Assembly (NCBI GenBank): GCA_051362555.1
Contig: CM120649.1
Span: forward strand, 4,960,001-5,024,000
DNA: 64,000 nt
Reading direction: 5' to 3'
Source of the DNA: Lingula anatina
Taxonomy: Eukaryota; Animalia; Brachiopoda
Below are positions 14,296-28,400 of this stretch, piece after piece. The stretch's first letter is position 1. The number at the start of each line of letters is the position of its first letter. The notes beneath the pieces were generated by a model, which worked only from the letters and a program-made list of their open reading frames with translations, did no database searches and was not told the DNA's origin. The translations under genes and the position numbers were made by a program.

Positions 14296-15046
14296 CTTAA
14301 CGCCTTTGTGATGTGTTAAAATATTCGGCCTTCAAAAAATGGAGCAAGGCTCTTTAGAATATAAAGATAAAACATTAATATTTAATTTAAATTTCCTAAA
14401 CAGAGGCGACGGAAAATTGTTAGCAAAGACACTTACACAGAATGTTTCCTTTTGCTTTTAACACCTACGTTTTCTGCGCATACAGATTAAAATGCATTGA
14501 TAACCGCAATGACATCGCTTCTAAAAACACGTTTTAAATGCATTAACATTCCATTATTTAACCAAGCACCTACGTGCCTGTTTAATGTCCCTTTGAAAAA
14601 TTATTCTTCCTATCTATATGTATATTACATGTAACATCTGCATTACTATCAAGTTCATTTATTTACATTTTTTTCGCTTTCAACCGACTTCGTGCTCCTT
14701 TTTTAAACAGATACAATATCGACCTTAACTTAGTTCACCCCATCTGTGTCCCCATCGACTGGTTCAAGAAAAAAAATATAACACATACAACTTATTTGCG
14801 AATCTCCTCAGTGGACGGCTGCATCTCTATGCTTCCTGCTTCATAATCAGGCGAGATATACGTGTACCCTAACTTTCTATCCTATTACCTTTGACGCGTA
14901 CTTGTTCTAGCAGTTACAAAATTGGTTGAAGATCCTTTAACCGCTTTTAATTTGTACAGCTAGAAGGACCTCCAGTACAGGGTAAGGGAACTCAATGTTA
15001 GAGTTAACCTACTTGTTAATAAGATTCACGAATTATATACAGTATA

Positions 15047-15281
15047 TCCGGTGACTCAAAAAAGAGTGACGGATTTTAATTACCTTAAGAGGTCGCAAGC
15101 TTTTGGATTATATTTTGCAAAGATTTCTTATATATTATAATTAGTCAGCCCTGGACATTTCAACTGTTAAAGTGAAACGGTTTTGATGTAATCGTCAAAT
15201 TATTGGCACATGACAGGTGTCAAAAATGCCATAGAACCTGTTAGAAGTCGCATGAGTGAAAGTGACTTTTGAGCAACCCGG
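15047..15281. mobile_element. Tc1/mariner-type MITE
   Basis: ta-TCCGGTGACTCAAAAAAGAGTGAC ... GTGACTTTTGAGCAACCCGG-ta: imperfect terminal inverted repeats with TA flanks. Confidence 0.55.
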
Positions 15282-15583
15282 TATATAATATCATATGGTG
15301 TCATTCATGCTGAAAAGTGCTCAACTCTTGACGAGGAGCTGAGTAATTAAAAAGCAAAGTCAAGTTTTTCTTTATTGCCTTGAGCTGTCACGCTCGAAGG
15401 CTCATGTGGGGCACACATGCTTAAATTGACAATATCTTTAAAACAGGAAAGCAATAGTATTTTGCATTACTAGAGATAATGTTATCCAGCAAATACAACA
15501 GTGTCTGTAGCAGTCTCTAATGTTCGTTTCGCACCTTCTAAAGATCACTCTGCGCACGTGCACACTAACTTTCTCCAAAGTTC

Positions 15584-18213
15584 TCAAGGTTCAGTTTTTT
15601 CGGTAATATTTGCGCTGCCATGATTACAGCATCGTCTCTGGAGGTCACGTATCCATGGCAACAACAGAAGAGCTCCACCGGCAACGAATAATAGAGAGCC
15701 GGTGATATAAAAGGTGACATTGTAAGAGCCTGTTAAATCGTACAAACTACCTGAAATGAGGAAATTTAATTACTTTAGATGACGTTTATTTACATTAAAT
15801 ATATTTCATTGCCCGGTGTCAAAAATATAAATAACAAATAATACTTGATATATTGTCAGTACCCAAAATGATTCCTTTATTATTATTATTGTTGTTGTTA
15901 ATCTATTTAAAAACAATTTATCTCCTATCAGCAAGTTTCAAATCTTATCGCTTCAGAAAATAAGAATGAGTAATATTAGTAAATATATATAATCTGTCTA
16001 ATTTAAATAAAGATCTTCCAGAGAGAGGTATAGTGATTGACCCCTCTTCTTCCCCTTTGGTCACATACCTCCAGCCGTTAACAGTAAGGAACCCAAACCG
16101 TTGGCTACCATGGTAAGCCCTAATGAAGGTCCAAGTTTCTCAATACCGACTAAATCTCTCAGAACAACCGGGGCCATAGAGACGAAGATGCCTGTAGGAA
16201 GAGCAGAAGTATTTTTACTTTGTGTTGTGTGAATATTTGAGTTTTAATGTCTTGTAGGAGACTTATATTCACTTCATGGCCTTTTTTACATCACTATTAC
16301 AAGCGTTGGTTTTTGGTTAGTTTTTCAGTCTCTGTCTTCTTTTTGCCACGCGGATGTCAATTATCGTTAAGCCTAGATATCTTTTGAAATGTGATGCCCA
16401 AACGGAGCACGTATACTGCCCGTAATACCCTTTTTGTACGGCGTCTGAGCGGAGGTAGACGGCGGCCGTGCGAAATCGCACGGAATCGTACGGATTTAAG
16501 GTCATGTAATGTAGTCATGCATACTCAGCGTAGCCCATAGCTCCTTATGATTAAAAAAATCGTTAAGACAATTTCACCGGCTTTACTTATTTTATAAGCT
16601 ATCATGAAGCGAACCGCGTACATTTAGAATAACATATTTAGAATCAAAATACAGTATTATATTATATGACCAATGCTTCGATCATATACCGGAAGTTACA
16701 CAAGTTGAAAGAATGAATAACACAATATTATAAGAAGTTCACTTACCAAGGGTTAACCCGTAAAACGTGCACACCGTTGCAATCACGCCGTACTCCTTCA
16801 TAAAGGGCAATATGGAAACCATGACGCCTGCAATCATGACGCTTGTCCCAAGCATATAGCGTCTGTTAGCGCACCGGAAGTCTGCAAACACACCCATGAC
16901 GACTCGAGCCACTGTGTTAGCAATACCTACAATTGACACTAGGAACGCCGCGTCGTTTACCTTCGCCCCCATAGCTCGAGCTACATCTGGTATAAACGTG
17001 TATGGCACTACGAGTCCTATTTGGAATATCAAATTACACACTAGCCACACGACAAAATCAGCTCTTCGTAGCAATGGGAAATAGAGCAGATTTTTGAAGA
17101 ACATGGAAGTTTTGTCAAAGCCTGGCAACAGCTGTTCTATTTCATTATCCTCGTTGCTTTCTAATTTAGGCGGCACAAACAACATGCTCAAGCCAATCCC
17201 TGACAGAGAAAGGCCCGCCAAGACGAGAAGAGTGTACCTCCAAGAAATGCTTTCAATGAGAAATTCTGTCAAGGCTGCCATCGAAAATGTCCCCACGCCT
17301 GATCCGCACACTGCGATTCCCATGGCTAGACTTTTCCTCTTCTCAAAATGATCCTGAACAGAGACAATGCTTGGAAAATACATCAGTCCAAAACCGAGGC
17401 CAGTCATAACCCCGTATGTTAGATACAGGAACGACAAATTTGGTGCCAATGAGCTCGTGCCAATCCCCGCCGCAGCGAGAATGGAACCAGTGACTCCAAC
17501 AGCCCGGTGTCCAATATTTTCTGATAATGAGCTTGCTATCGGACCTATAATAGATTTTCAAAATGCACAAAAAGAATTAAATCTTTTATACCGGTATGTC
17601 ATTAAGTCTAAATTCACACACATATAGCTTTTAATTCCTTTCACAAAGCATATGCCTTCGTTTTAGTAAATTCGAAATTTTGTTTGGCATTGTATCTATA
17701 TTTATCTATGAAATAACAAAAAAATGAATAAATAAATTATTTAGTCCCCAATGTTTTTTAATTTTTAACACATGGAAAGAAACATTTAAAGTTAAAATAT
17801 TGAAGTTAATTCCAGTACACATATGTGACAAATCCATCTTGAATCCTCTCTCTCTACTCCCTTTCTCTCTCCACAAAATAAAAAAGAGAGAAATATCGAA
17901 GGGGGAGATGTACTTAAATAAGATCCCCACAAGCGCTGTAAAATATTTATTAAGTTTCAAAAACGAAATCCGGAAAAGAATTTATTTTGTTGGCACTTGT
18001 TTCAACCGTACCGATGATCCAGTTCACAGCTATTTGAATGGAGCCAACCCAAGACGTCGCTGACTTGCTTTCTTCAAATTCATTCAGCAGGGTGATGTAG
18101 AACACGCCAAAAGAGAATATAATGCCGTCAACAATAAAGTGAATAAAGAAGGACGCCAAGACCACCAGCCAATCGATGCAGCGGTCGGTTTGAACTCTTG
18201 AGCTCTGCTCCAT
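15584..18213 (-). CDS. SLC16/MCT transporter-like, tandem copy C (about 429 aa, N-terminally truncated; possibly a young pseudogene)
   Basis: Exons 18213-18012, 17544-16747, 16191-16069, 15750-15584 are intact. The upstream part of exon 2 has lost its AG acceptor and has an in-frame TGA (18237-18235). No exon-1 homolog was found, so the first usable ATG is 18213. Confidence 0.75.
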
Positions 18214-19232
18214 CGTTGTTGGTCTGGAGTATGTTCAGCTCCCTTTAGGTGACCCAGACACTAAACTCAGACTGTGCTGTTTGTTGGAAAAATGACAGTG
18301 CTTAACAAACTAGTTTACATGTACATACAGGTATATTGCTTTTGACGGCTCTCAATATACAACCGTTATGGTTTTAAGCTTGGCAAATATGTTTACCTTT
18401 TTCAACAATGGAGGTGCAAATGTAGAAAGTTATATTGAAATCGTATCTATAGCACGCTGAATTTTGAAGAGTTACAGTCCCACCGGAAAATAATCTTAGC
18501 AAAAGACCGTGTTTTCTCCCTACCCTACGCCGTTGGATCTGACAATAGAGCCCGTATAATATTTGTAGGGTACCTATAGGAGCATCGGTAAGCGATCCTT
18601 ATCAGGGGTAAACTGGACTCCCAAAATTACAGTAGTCAGCTCAACGAAAACACACAGGGAAACGGTCCTGATCGCGGGTGTCAGTTGATCAATATTTGGG
18701 TACAGTTACATAGTCTTGACTAGAAAATGTAATTTCAATGTTTAATCGCGGTATGTGTTGGTGGATTCCACGAAGAGCAAGTGATATATAGATGCTATTT
18801 AAATGTATAATAGGTCTATTGCCATCATGCTGAAATGTGCAAATACTCAGTAAATATGCCATGTGCCATGCAGAAAAAATAAACGCCAGACAGCCGATTG
18901 GTATTAAACTAACTTAAACAGAAAGGGAGTCTCTAGTCTGTTAAGACGACAAGCGTCACGCTGTTCTAATTGAGTAATAATCTGTGCCCAATCACAGTGT
19001 ACCTGACTAAACATCGCCGGTGTGGCAGGATATGCAATCATGAACCTTTATCTGTTTCCCATTACTTTGTACTGGTGACATTCGTCCCATTTACTAACAC
19101 CAATACTCCGACTAGCCGTATCCTGTGCTAATCATAAGGGGCCTCGAATTTCCATTTCTAGGACTACCATTCCTGTTACACCGATGTCACAGCACAAAGC
19201 TTTCTTTGTAAGACAATGGAGCTATATAGATA

Positions 19233-19340
19233 CCCAGCAAACATGTCACGTTCGGATCACGTGACTAGCACGTTGCTATGACGTTATAATGTGGTAGCAA
19301 CGTGCTAGCCACGTGATCCGAACGTGACGTATTTGCTGTG
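19233..19340. mobile_element. Small fold-back MITE with CCCAGCAAA terminus
   Basis: ta-cccagcaaacatgtcacgttcggatcacgtgactagcacgttgcta ... tagcaacgtgctagccacgtgatccgaacgtgacgtatttgctgtg-ta: arms of about 46 bp with TA on both sides. Confidence 0.8.
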
Positions 19341-20332
19341 TAGTGTCTACCAGAGAGGGCCTTCTGGCTTCTCTTGCAGTTATAATATTGTTTCAAGGAT
19401 CTTCAACCAGTTTGAGCCACCACAAGAACCACTTAGTCACTTGAAGAGAGTATATATCAAGATGTGGAAGTGCACACAATGATTATCAGATTTACATATC
19501 AAATTCAGAAATAGATGCGCACAGTTCATTTAAAGTGATAGTATGTACTTGGGATGAGATCACAGTATGAGTAAACAGCCGTGCTGAACAAAACCTCTAC
19601 TCAGATAGTTCCAATTGGCGGGAATCGAGAAGTGAAAAAAGGCTCAAAATGGAAGCGTTGCAATTTGGAGGAGCTCTGGTATGTAAATAGGAAGGGCACC
19701 ACCAATGCTGTTCTCCCTATCATTTGTTACCTATGTAATTGTCTGAATCAATATCCAATCTAAAATCATTTAAGAGAATACTCAACTTTATTTACCATAA
19801 CCGTTGCGTTTTATAAGCAGAATGTACACGTTTACCCTTTACCTATAGGGATAATATTTTAGGTACATCATTGTGCAAGTTTTGACACCATTTTGTCAAA
19901 GAAGTAATACTTAATTAAAACAAATAATTGTATAATGCATCTCCGTAATACCAATATACAAGTTTTATGAAATATTCAAGAAATATCAAAGAAAATCGCA
20001 CAGCCTAATTGACTTTACTTATAATTACCGTGATACTATACGTATACTATTGAGGTTTTGAAAAAGCCAGAGTTAAATTTAAAGGTAAAATATTGAATTT
20101 ATTATGACTTATTCAAAACCAATAAAAAAGAAAAAAGTATCAAATATGTATTACAACTAACCCTAACACCATTAGAAAAATTCTCTTCATGTCTTTAGGC
20201 AAGTCAAGTATAAACTAATAACAATTTGAAGTTTTCTCTGGTATGTATTATCATCAGGCCGTCTAAGTCAATTGCTTATACATTCACAAAAACATTGGCT
20301 TTGTTGTCAAGGGTCCGATCCTATGGTGAAAT

Positions 20333-23147
20333 TTAACAAATGTTTGTGATATGCGCGTTTCCATGGCAACAGCATCGTTCCTGGAGTCTGCGTATCCGTG
20401 GCAACAGCAAAATGATTCCACCGGTAACGAACAACAGAGAGCCGGTGATATGAAACGTCAGATCGTATGAACCGGTTATATCGTACAAAAAGCCTAAAAA
20501 AAGATAAAGAGAAAGAAAAAGTTATTTTAATTCAGCATTTTTAAATAAATTTACATCAGTTTGTTTAATAGCTGACTTGATAAAGAAGAATATAAATTGG
20601 TAACAAAATCATATACGCCTTTATTATCATTGTTTCATTTATTATTTTGAAAATGAGTATTATTTATTTATTTATTTATTTATTCATGCATCCAGTTATT
20701 TTCTCGGAAAAATCTTCAGTTTGACTTATTAGGATACAACTGATAGCCAAAATATATATTGACAAACCCCGGAAACAAGTCTACCAACACGCTAGATTAA
20801 AGTCTCTTGGTATATATATATATATTCATACATTGGTGAAAAACTAAAATGAAAAAGAAAATCCATCCTGTTATAGCTAACATACCTCCAGCCGATAACA
20901 GAAGGGAACCCAAACCAATGGCTAACATGGTGAGTCCAAATGTAGGTCCAAGTTTCTCGATGCCCACTAAATCTCTGAGAACTACCGGGCAAAGGGAGAT
21001 GAAAGTCCCTGTAGGAAAAGCAGAAAAGATAATGTACAGAATAGCACCCTGTGCACATGGCACATGGCACATGGACTGCATGTACATGTATATTACATCG
21101 ACACTACTAGTGACTCATGTTGCTGTGCAACATACTTATAAGTGCATTTTACCTGTAGGCCTATATACTGCAAGAATAAAACTGTAAACTTACTAAAATC
21201 ATACCTACCGACTGTCAACCCATAAAAAGTGCACACGGTGGCAATCACGCCGTACCCCATCATAAAAGGCAGTATGGAAACCATGACTGCTCCCACCATT
21301 ACACTGATCCCAAGCATATTGCGTCTGTTAGCGCACCGGAAGTCTGCAAACACTCCCATTATGACTCGAGCCACTGTGTTAGCAATGCCTACAATGGACA
21401 CCAGAAACGCTGCGTTGTTCGCCTCCACCCCCGTCGCTACAGCTATATCTGGTATGTACGTGTGGGGCACTACAAGACCTACTTGGAATATCAACATGCA
21501 CACTAGCCACGCGACAACATCAGCTTTTCGTAGCAATGAGATATGGATGAGGTTTTTGAAGAACCTGGTCGTTTTCTCACAGCATTTTGAGTTCTGCTTT
21601 GTCTCATTTTCCTCGTTGCTCTTTAATGCAGGTGGAACGAACAGCATACTCAAGCCAATCCCTGAGAGTGATAGCCCTGCCAGTACGAAAAGAGTGTACC
21701 TCCAAGAAATAGTATCAATGAGAAATTCTGTGAAGGGCGCCATTGAAAATGTCCCAACGCCTGATCCGCACATTGCGATTCCCATGGCTAGACTTTTCCT
21801 CTTCTCAAAATGATCCTGAACAGAGACAATGCTTGGAAAATACATCAGTCCAAAACCGAGGCCAGTCATAACCCCGTATGTTAAATAAAGCACTGACAAG
21901 TTTGGCGCCAAGGAACTGACTCCAAATCCCACTGCAGCGAAAATAGAACCAGTGATTGCAACAGCTCGGTGTCCAATTCTATCTGACAGGGCACTTGCTA
22001 TTGGACCTAAAAATATCCAATCAGGAAAGGTCCTAAGCGTTCAATTTTTTTATTCATATCTTTTAATTTTTTGAAAATGGAAACATGTGTTCATTCGACT
22101 GCATTATTGATAGCTTAAGATAAATATCTGAGTTGCAGCAATAGTGTTGTCAACTAAGCGGGTTTTTATATACGTCATACTGTACGTCAGAGTAGAAAAT
22201 AACACATTAACGAAGTTTTTTTAATGTTCGTATTTTAGCTTGAGAAGGTTAGATTAGGTATAAAGTATAAACTAGGTTCGTATTTCTTTCTATGCGGAAC
22301 CTTCAGGAAAAGCTGCTAAGCGTATCAGCGATTGCTCAAACTATAATAAAAATATATTTTCGTACCGATGATCCAGCTCATAGCTATTTGAATGGAGCCA
22401 ACCCAAGACGTTGCTGACTTGCTTTCTTCAAATTCATTTAGCAGGGCGATGTAGAACACGCCGAATGTGTATATAATACCGTCCACGATGAAGTGAATTA
22501 AGAAGGATGCCAAGACCACCAACCAATCGATGCAGCGGTCGGTCTGAAGTTCGGAGCTTTCTTCCATCGATGGTTGTCTACGGTCTGTTGAGCTCGCTAC
22601 GGGCGACCCAGACGCCAAGCCCAGCCTGTGTGGTTTATCTGTAAACATCAATGCCCATATATATGAATATTGTTTTTTCTTCTTTTATGTATGTTTCTAG
22701 TGCAGACGTCCTCTTGTACCTGGGTACTGATTACGTCATTTAAGCGCATTGTCAAAACACAATAGATCGAGTTACTTGTACAAAAATGTTCTGAGCAAAA
22801 TATGAGCGACCCATGAGAATTATTTATGTAATCTGTTATCAGTTAATTGTAGATACGGCCAGTACGGCCAGTATATATATATATATATATTTAATGATAT
22901 ATTGTTTGGGGAGTTTGTATTTTTTGCTCAGTATATATTTCAGTATAAACTTCTCTGTATATATATACTTCTCTGACTCAACTACATGTACTTGTCTATG
23001 TCTGTTCGAACTAGACTCACCTTCATCACCCGCAAGGTTGTCACCAGACGTGTCGTCATCTATTGTATCGTTCTTAAAACCGCCATTGGTGTACCCGCCC
23101 TGTGTTGAAATTTCAAGTACGGCGGTGTTCGGAGATGTATCAGCCAT
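20333..23147 (-). CDS. SLC16/MCT transporter-like, tandem copy D (about 493 aa)
   Basis: Exons 23147-23021 (phase-1 donor GAAG|gtgagt), 22638-22366, 22006-21209, 21008-20886, 20493-20333, with the same MCT motifs. Confidence 0.88.
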
Positions 23148-23268
23148 CTCAGCGCCTTAGTTTGTTTGCTCTTTAATGGACTACCAGTTGACTATCCTGT
23201 ATAAAAGTGACGACAATATTCAGCCTTAAAGAAAAAGTGCACAGTTCAACGCTAGGTCCTGGTTTCAC

Positions 23269-23270
23269 AA

Positions 23271-23309
<39 letters not shown>

Positions 23310-23310
23310 A
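23269..23310. repeat. (AAAT)n microsatellite
   Basis: Direct repeat run. Confidence 0.9.
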
Positions 23311-23487
23311 AACTCAAGTGATTTCCCTGGATAAGGAAGTGTACATGTGCCTATGACAATGTTGTAACACTGTTCCTGATAGGGTAAAGGGTAAAATGTG
23401 TGCATGTGACCATGTTACGTTAGAAACAAACATGTTAGCCACTTTTATATGGAACTGGGACCAGGTAAGACTCTGTTCCTCTCTTCT

Positions 23488-23532
<45 letters not shown>

Positions 23533-25427
23533 AAAAGGACGCTTAGAGACCTACAAATCCATAAAATTGTGCCTGTGCTATTTCCCCTTAGCGATCCTTG
23601 TGCCTGTTTTGATAGACTATATCTGCAGGGTGCTGTCCGCCATATTTTGGGGCTAATAAATTGCAAAGAGAAAATATTATCGAAATTTATTCAGTCATGT
23701 AGTGAAAAAATTAACCCCCTGTAAAGTGGCGTCTGCAAAAGTATTTCTATATCCATGCATCCCTATGCAACAGTATCAAATATGCGCAAAAAATCCCTTT
23801 GCTTCCCAATTCGCACATGAGATAATGTTTTGTGGACACAAACATTGATCAGCAGTCAACGTATAACCAGCTTCTGTACTTTCACCATAAAGGAAGCACA
23901 ATACAGTCGCTATAAGTCCCAGGATCCCACTATAACCAGTAATAAATAGCACGTCATAGCATGTGAGATTTTTTTGTAGTGGTTCATTGATTGACGTACA
24001 TGTAAATATGTGTATTGCATGGTTATGACTATCAGGTAAAGATGATAGGTCGGTTTCATAATATAAGTAAACACGTCAAGCCCCTCTATGACCCAAGTTA
24101 ACCTAGGACTATAGTTCATATAAATTATACGTCAACACCATTTTATGAAAAGATAAAAAATTGTGTCCGTAGATTGAAGCTAACCGGACATTTCAGTTTT
24201 AAAGTTTTTTGACCAACATTCTTATGTCTTATGTTATTCAGCCTGGTTATATTACTGGGCTAAATTTTGGACTAAGAGTTAAGTCTTCTTTAACATAAGG
24301 CATATACATGTATATCACTAGCATTACGGATTAAAAGCACATGCTTCAGACATGAACAATAAAGTAATTGACCAGGCAAGCGTTCCTCAATTTAGTTCGC
24401 TGCAGAGCTACACTGAACTCAGTTTTGCAGGTGTTTTGTCTACTACTTTAGACACCATGCCAATTGAGTTAATTATTTTGTGAAAGCTTTTGTCGCTTCA
24501 ATTTTTAAATTAAAACCACACTGCCGTTCTACAAACCATCCACTGTCTGAGGTCACGGGATCGTTACGATTCAGGACGTTGCGTGACCGCGTAACTTCAA
24601 AACGTCTCCCTTTACCTCCGTAGATTGAATTATTGCGTTAAATAAACATCAGCTGGGCATATAAAATTTTTCTAACAATACCTTGAGAAGACAATCACAT
24701 CACCGAATAGACGATTCAAGATAACCCAACTCTCACCTTGCCACGGCCTTGTGCATGTACTTGATGAGTATTGCCTTCAAAGCGTAAAGTAAATTTAAAT
24801 AGGGAAACAGGGCCTTTATGTAAGCACAGTCACGTGGATATTTTGAACCAATTACAAATGAGTCTGGACAAAGATACATGAAAGCAGAACTGAACAGAAC
24901 CAGTGAGTGTCTTTGTTCTTTGTCTGACATGCGCGCCGTACAGTAAAAAAATGCGGTTACAGGAGTGACGGTTCGGTTGTTAAATATAACTTATTTTTGT
25001 GACAAAAGGGGTGTGTCATTGTTAACGTACTGTTTAGAAGTGGTGATGGTCCGGTGTTTTATCTTTTATGTCAGTGGTGCGTCCAATCTATGCACCCCAA
25101 TATAAAATGAATAAAGCAATGAATGTATTTAAATATCAAAATAAAAATAAAAATATTAATAAAATGTAAACAACATTATGTTACTATATCTAGTTTTATT
25201 AATTCGTCTCTCACTTTAATACTGGTATATCAAGGTTTAAAATGTTCAACCTTTATAATTTGTTGTGATGTTTAAATCGCTTTTCTTTTTATAGTGTTTT
25301 GAATTCAAACGACAATTTTCTCCATTTTATGCATCAGTTTCTGCAACAATTTCATTTTTTTGTTTTGCGCCTTCTATAGACCATTCCTAGAAAGTGCACA
25401 ATAACATAAAGTCATTCACTAACGTTG

Positions 25428-28400
25428 TCATAGTTCAGTTTCTGTGGTGATATTTGCGCTGCCATGGTGACAACATCGTCCCTGCAGGTCACGTATCCAT
25501 GGCAACAACAGAAGAGCTCCACCGGCAACGAATAATAGAGAGCCGGTGATATAAAAGGTGACATCGTAAGAGCCTGTTAAATCGTACAAACTACCTGAAA
25601 TAGAAAAGTCAAGAATCATACGTAACATTTACATGTCCGCCTAAATGGTATGTATATTATAAACAAAAACTATAAACTTTGTCTATATGTATGAGACCGT
25701 TGTCTTCGTCGTGATTATTATTATTATTATTATTATCATTATTATTATTGTTATAATATTGATCAATTCGTTGTGTAAAACATTTTTTATCCGCATATCT
25801 TATATACTGTATCAGATTATGAACATAAATTAACCGCTGATGAAAAAAGGGAAAAAAATGTCGGTCTTCACAACCTGCTATATCATGAATATCAGAAAAC
25901 AATATGTAAATCCCCACCCCCCCATTTTGTCACCTACCTCCAGCCGATAAGAGAAGGGAACCCAAACCTATGGCTAACATGGTGAGTCCAAATGATGGTC
26001 CGAGTTTCTCAATACCGACTAAATCTCTCAGAACAACCGGGGCCAAGGAGACGAAGGTTCCTGTAGAAAAAACAGAAGTACTTTTACTTGCTTGCTGTGA
26101 ATACGGGGTGGGGGTGGGGGGGGGGGGCTTGAGTCTTCAAGTTCTATGGAGTGCTGTGTACACGCATTTTATCAAGATAGCTTTCTTGTTTGTTTTTTTG
26201 TGTGTCTGTCCGCTTATCACAATAGTTGGTTTGTTCGTTAGTTAGTGCATTTTTTTGCCAAATTGGACATTAAACGATGACGATGTAAATGATAAGTATC
26301 AATTATTGAATAAAAAGGTTTAGTTATTTTTGAAACTATTTCATTACGCATGCCCCGTGCATTTAGAATGTAAATATATCCCCACATTTTCACTAAAAAT
26401 GAACTAGACTGACTAATACAGCAATATTTTAAAAGCAATTACAGATTCATATAAAATGTACTTCTGCACCTATGTAAACACTGTCATTATATAAGTATAA
26501 ATAACGCAATATTATAAGAAATTCACTTACCAAGGGTTAACCCGTAAAACGTGCACACCGTTGCAATCACACCGTACTCCTTCATAAATGGCAATATGGA
26601 AACCATGATGCCTGCAATCATGACACTGGTCCCGAACATATAGCCTCTATTAATGCACTTGAAGTCTGCAAACACACCCATCACGATTCTAGCCACTGTG
26701 TTAGCAATGCCTACAATCGACACCAAAAACGCTGCGTTGTTCGCCTCTACCCCCTTGGCTCGTGCGCTGTCTGGTATATAGGTATAAGGCACCAAGAATC
26801 CTACTTGGACTGTGAAGGTGCACGCAAGCCATATGACACCGTATAATTCTCGAAGTAAGGAAATGTCGATCACGTTTTTGAAAAACATTGCCACTGTGTC
26901 ACAGCGTGTTAATGTCTGTTCTGTAAGAATTTCTTCATTTTGCTTTGGCTTAGGTGGGAGGAACAACATGCAAAAGCCTATCCCTGAGAGAGAAAGTCCC
27001 GCCAATACGAGAAGTGTGTACCTCCAAGAAATAGTTTTAATGAGAAATTCTGTGAAGGGCGCCATTGAAAATGTCCCAACGCCTGATCCGCACACTGCGA
27101 TTCCCATAGCAAGACTTTTCCTCTTTTCAAAGTGATCCTGAACGGAGACAATGCTCGGAAAATACATGAGTCCAAAACCGAGGCCAGTCATGACCCCGTA
27201 TGTTAGATACAGAATGGACAAGTTTGGCGCCAAGGAACTCACGCCAAATCCCGTCGCAGCGAGAACAGAACCTGCGATTCCAGCAGCCCGATGTCCAATT
27301 TTGTCTGACAAGGCGCTTGCTATCGGACCTAAAAATAGCCATTTAGATTTGTCTTAATCATAAACTGTTTTGAATATGTTTCATGCTAGCATTGATCAAT
27401 CTTCTTCTTTATAAAATCAGTTATTTTTGTTTCTTAAAATAGACGAAATAGTCCATTAATTCATTCTGCTAAGTTGGAAATTGCACTGAAACCAAATATA
27501 CTGGCGTTTTAGTCAACAAAAAACATCTACAGTACAGCATGCACAATTTGATCTTAATGTGTCAATACGATACGAACGCTATGGCCTTTAGCACTGATCC
27601 TTAATGCAACCAAATAAGCAAAGAGCCTCTCCTCCCCTCACTCCCGTCTCTGTCAATTCAGTTGCCAAAAGAAAAAAAATAAAAACCCTTGGCATGTATA
27701 ACGTGAAATAAATTAAGATCGCCCGACCAGTTGTAATGCATGTGAACTAAAGCCAGAGGGAGGGAAATCTGCAGTGCGCATACGTAAACTATACCGTACC
27801 CATGATCCAACTCCCTGCATTCTGAATGGAGCCAACCCAAGAAGTCGCCGACTTGCTTTCTTCAAATTCGTTCAGCAGGGTGACGTAGAGCACACCGAAA
27901 GAGAATAAAATCCCATCCACAATAAAGTGAATGAAGAAGGACGCCAAGACCACCAACCAATCGATGCAGCGGTCGGTCTGAACTCCGGCGCTCTCCGCCA
28001 CTGATGGCTGTCTTGATTCCGTCAAGCTTACGACAGGCGACCACGACGCTAAGCTCAACCTGCGTTGCGTACCTTCAATAATAAAGAAATAAATATATAA
28101 TAAAAACGACGTCAGTTAACGTACACGTGCATAATGCCAATGTACGTGTATATACTGTAGGATCAATATCTCGATTAAATTAATTTGCTTATGCAAAAGA
28201 GTCCGTCTGAAACCTAAATGTCTTGACATTTTAATCAATTTTTATCCAACTACATAAGCCTTTCCCCCGCCCTCCTTTCGGTTATCTTTTATCCCTTTCC
28301 TTTAACATATCAATTTATTTATGTAAATAACAATAAATATATTGGTGTACTATTACACGTGTTGTCTTTTCAGTATGAATCACCAAGTTTACTTGTACGA

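Noticed and set aside
21229-21813. Plus-strand ORFs overlapping MCT exons (also 12060-12650, 16896-17351, 26812-27357)
   Set aside because: They are antisense shadows of the minus-strand coding exons and recur only because the exons are paralogous.
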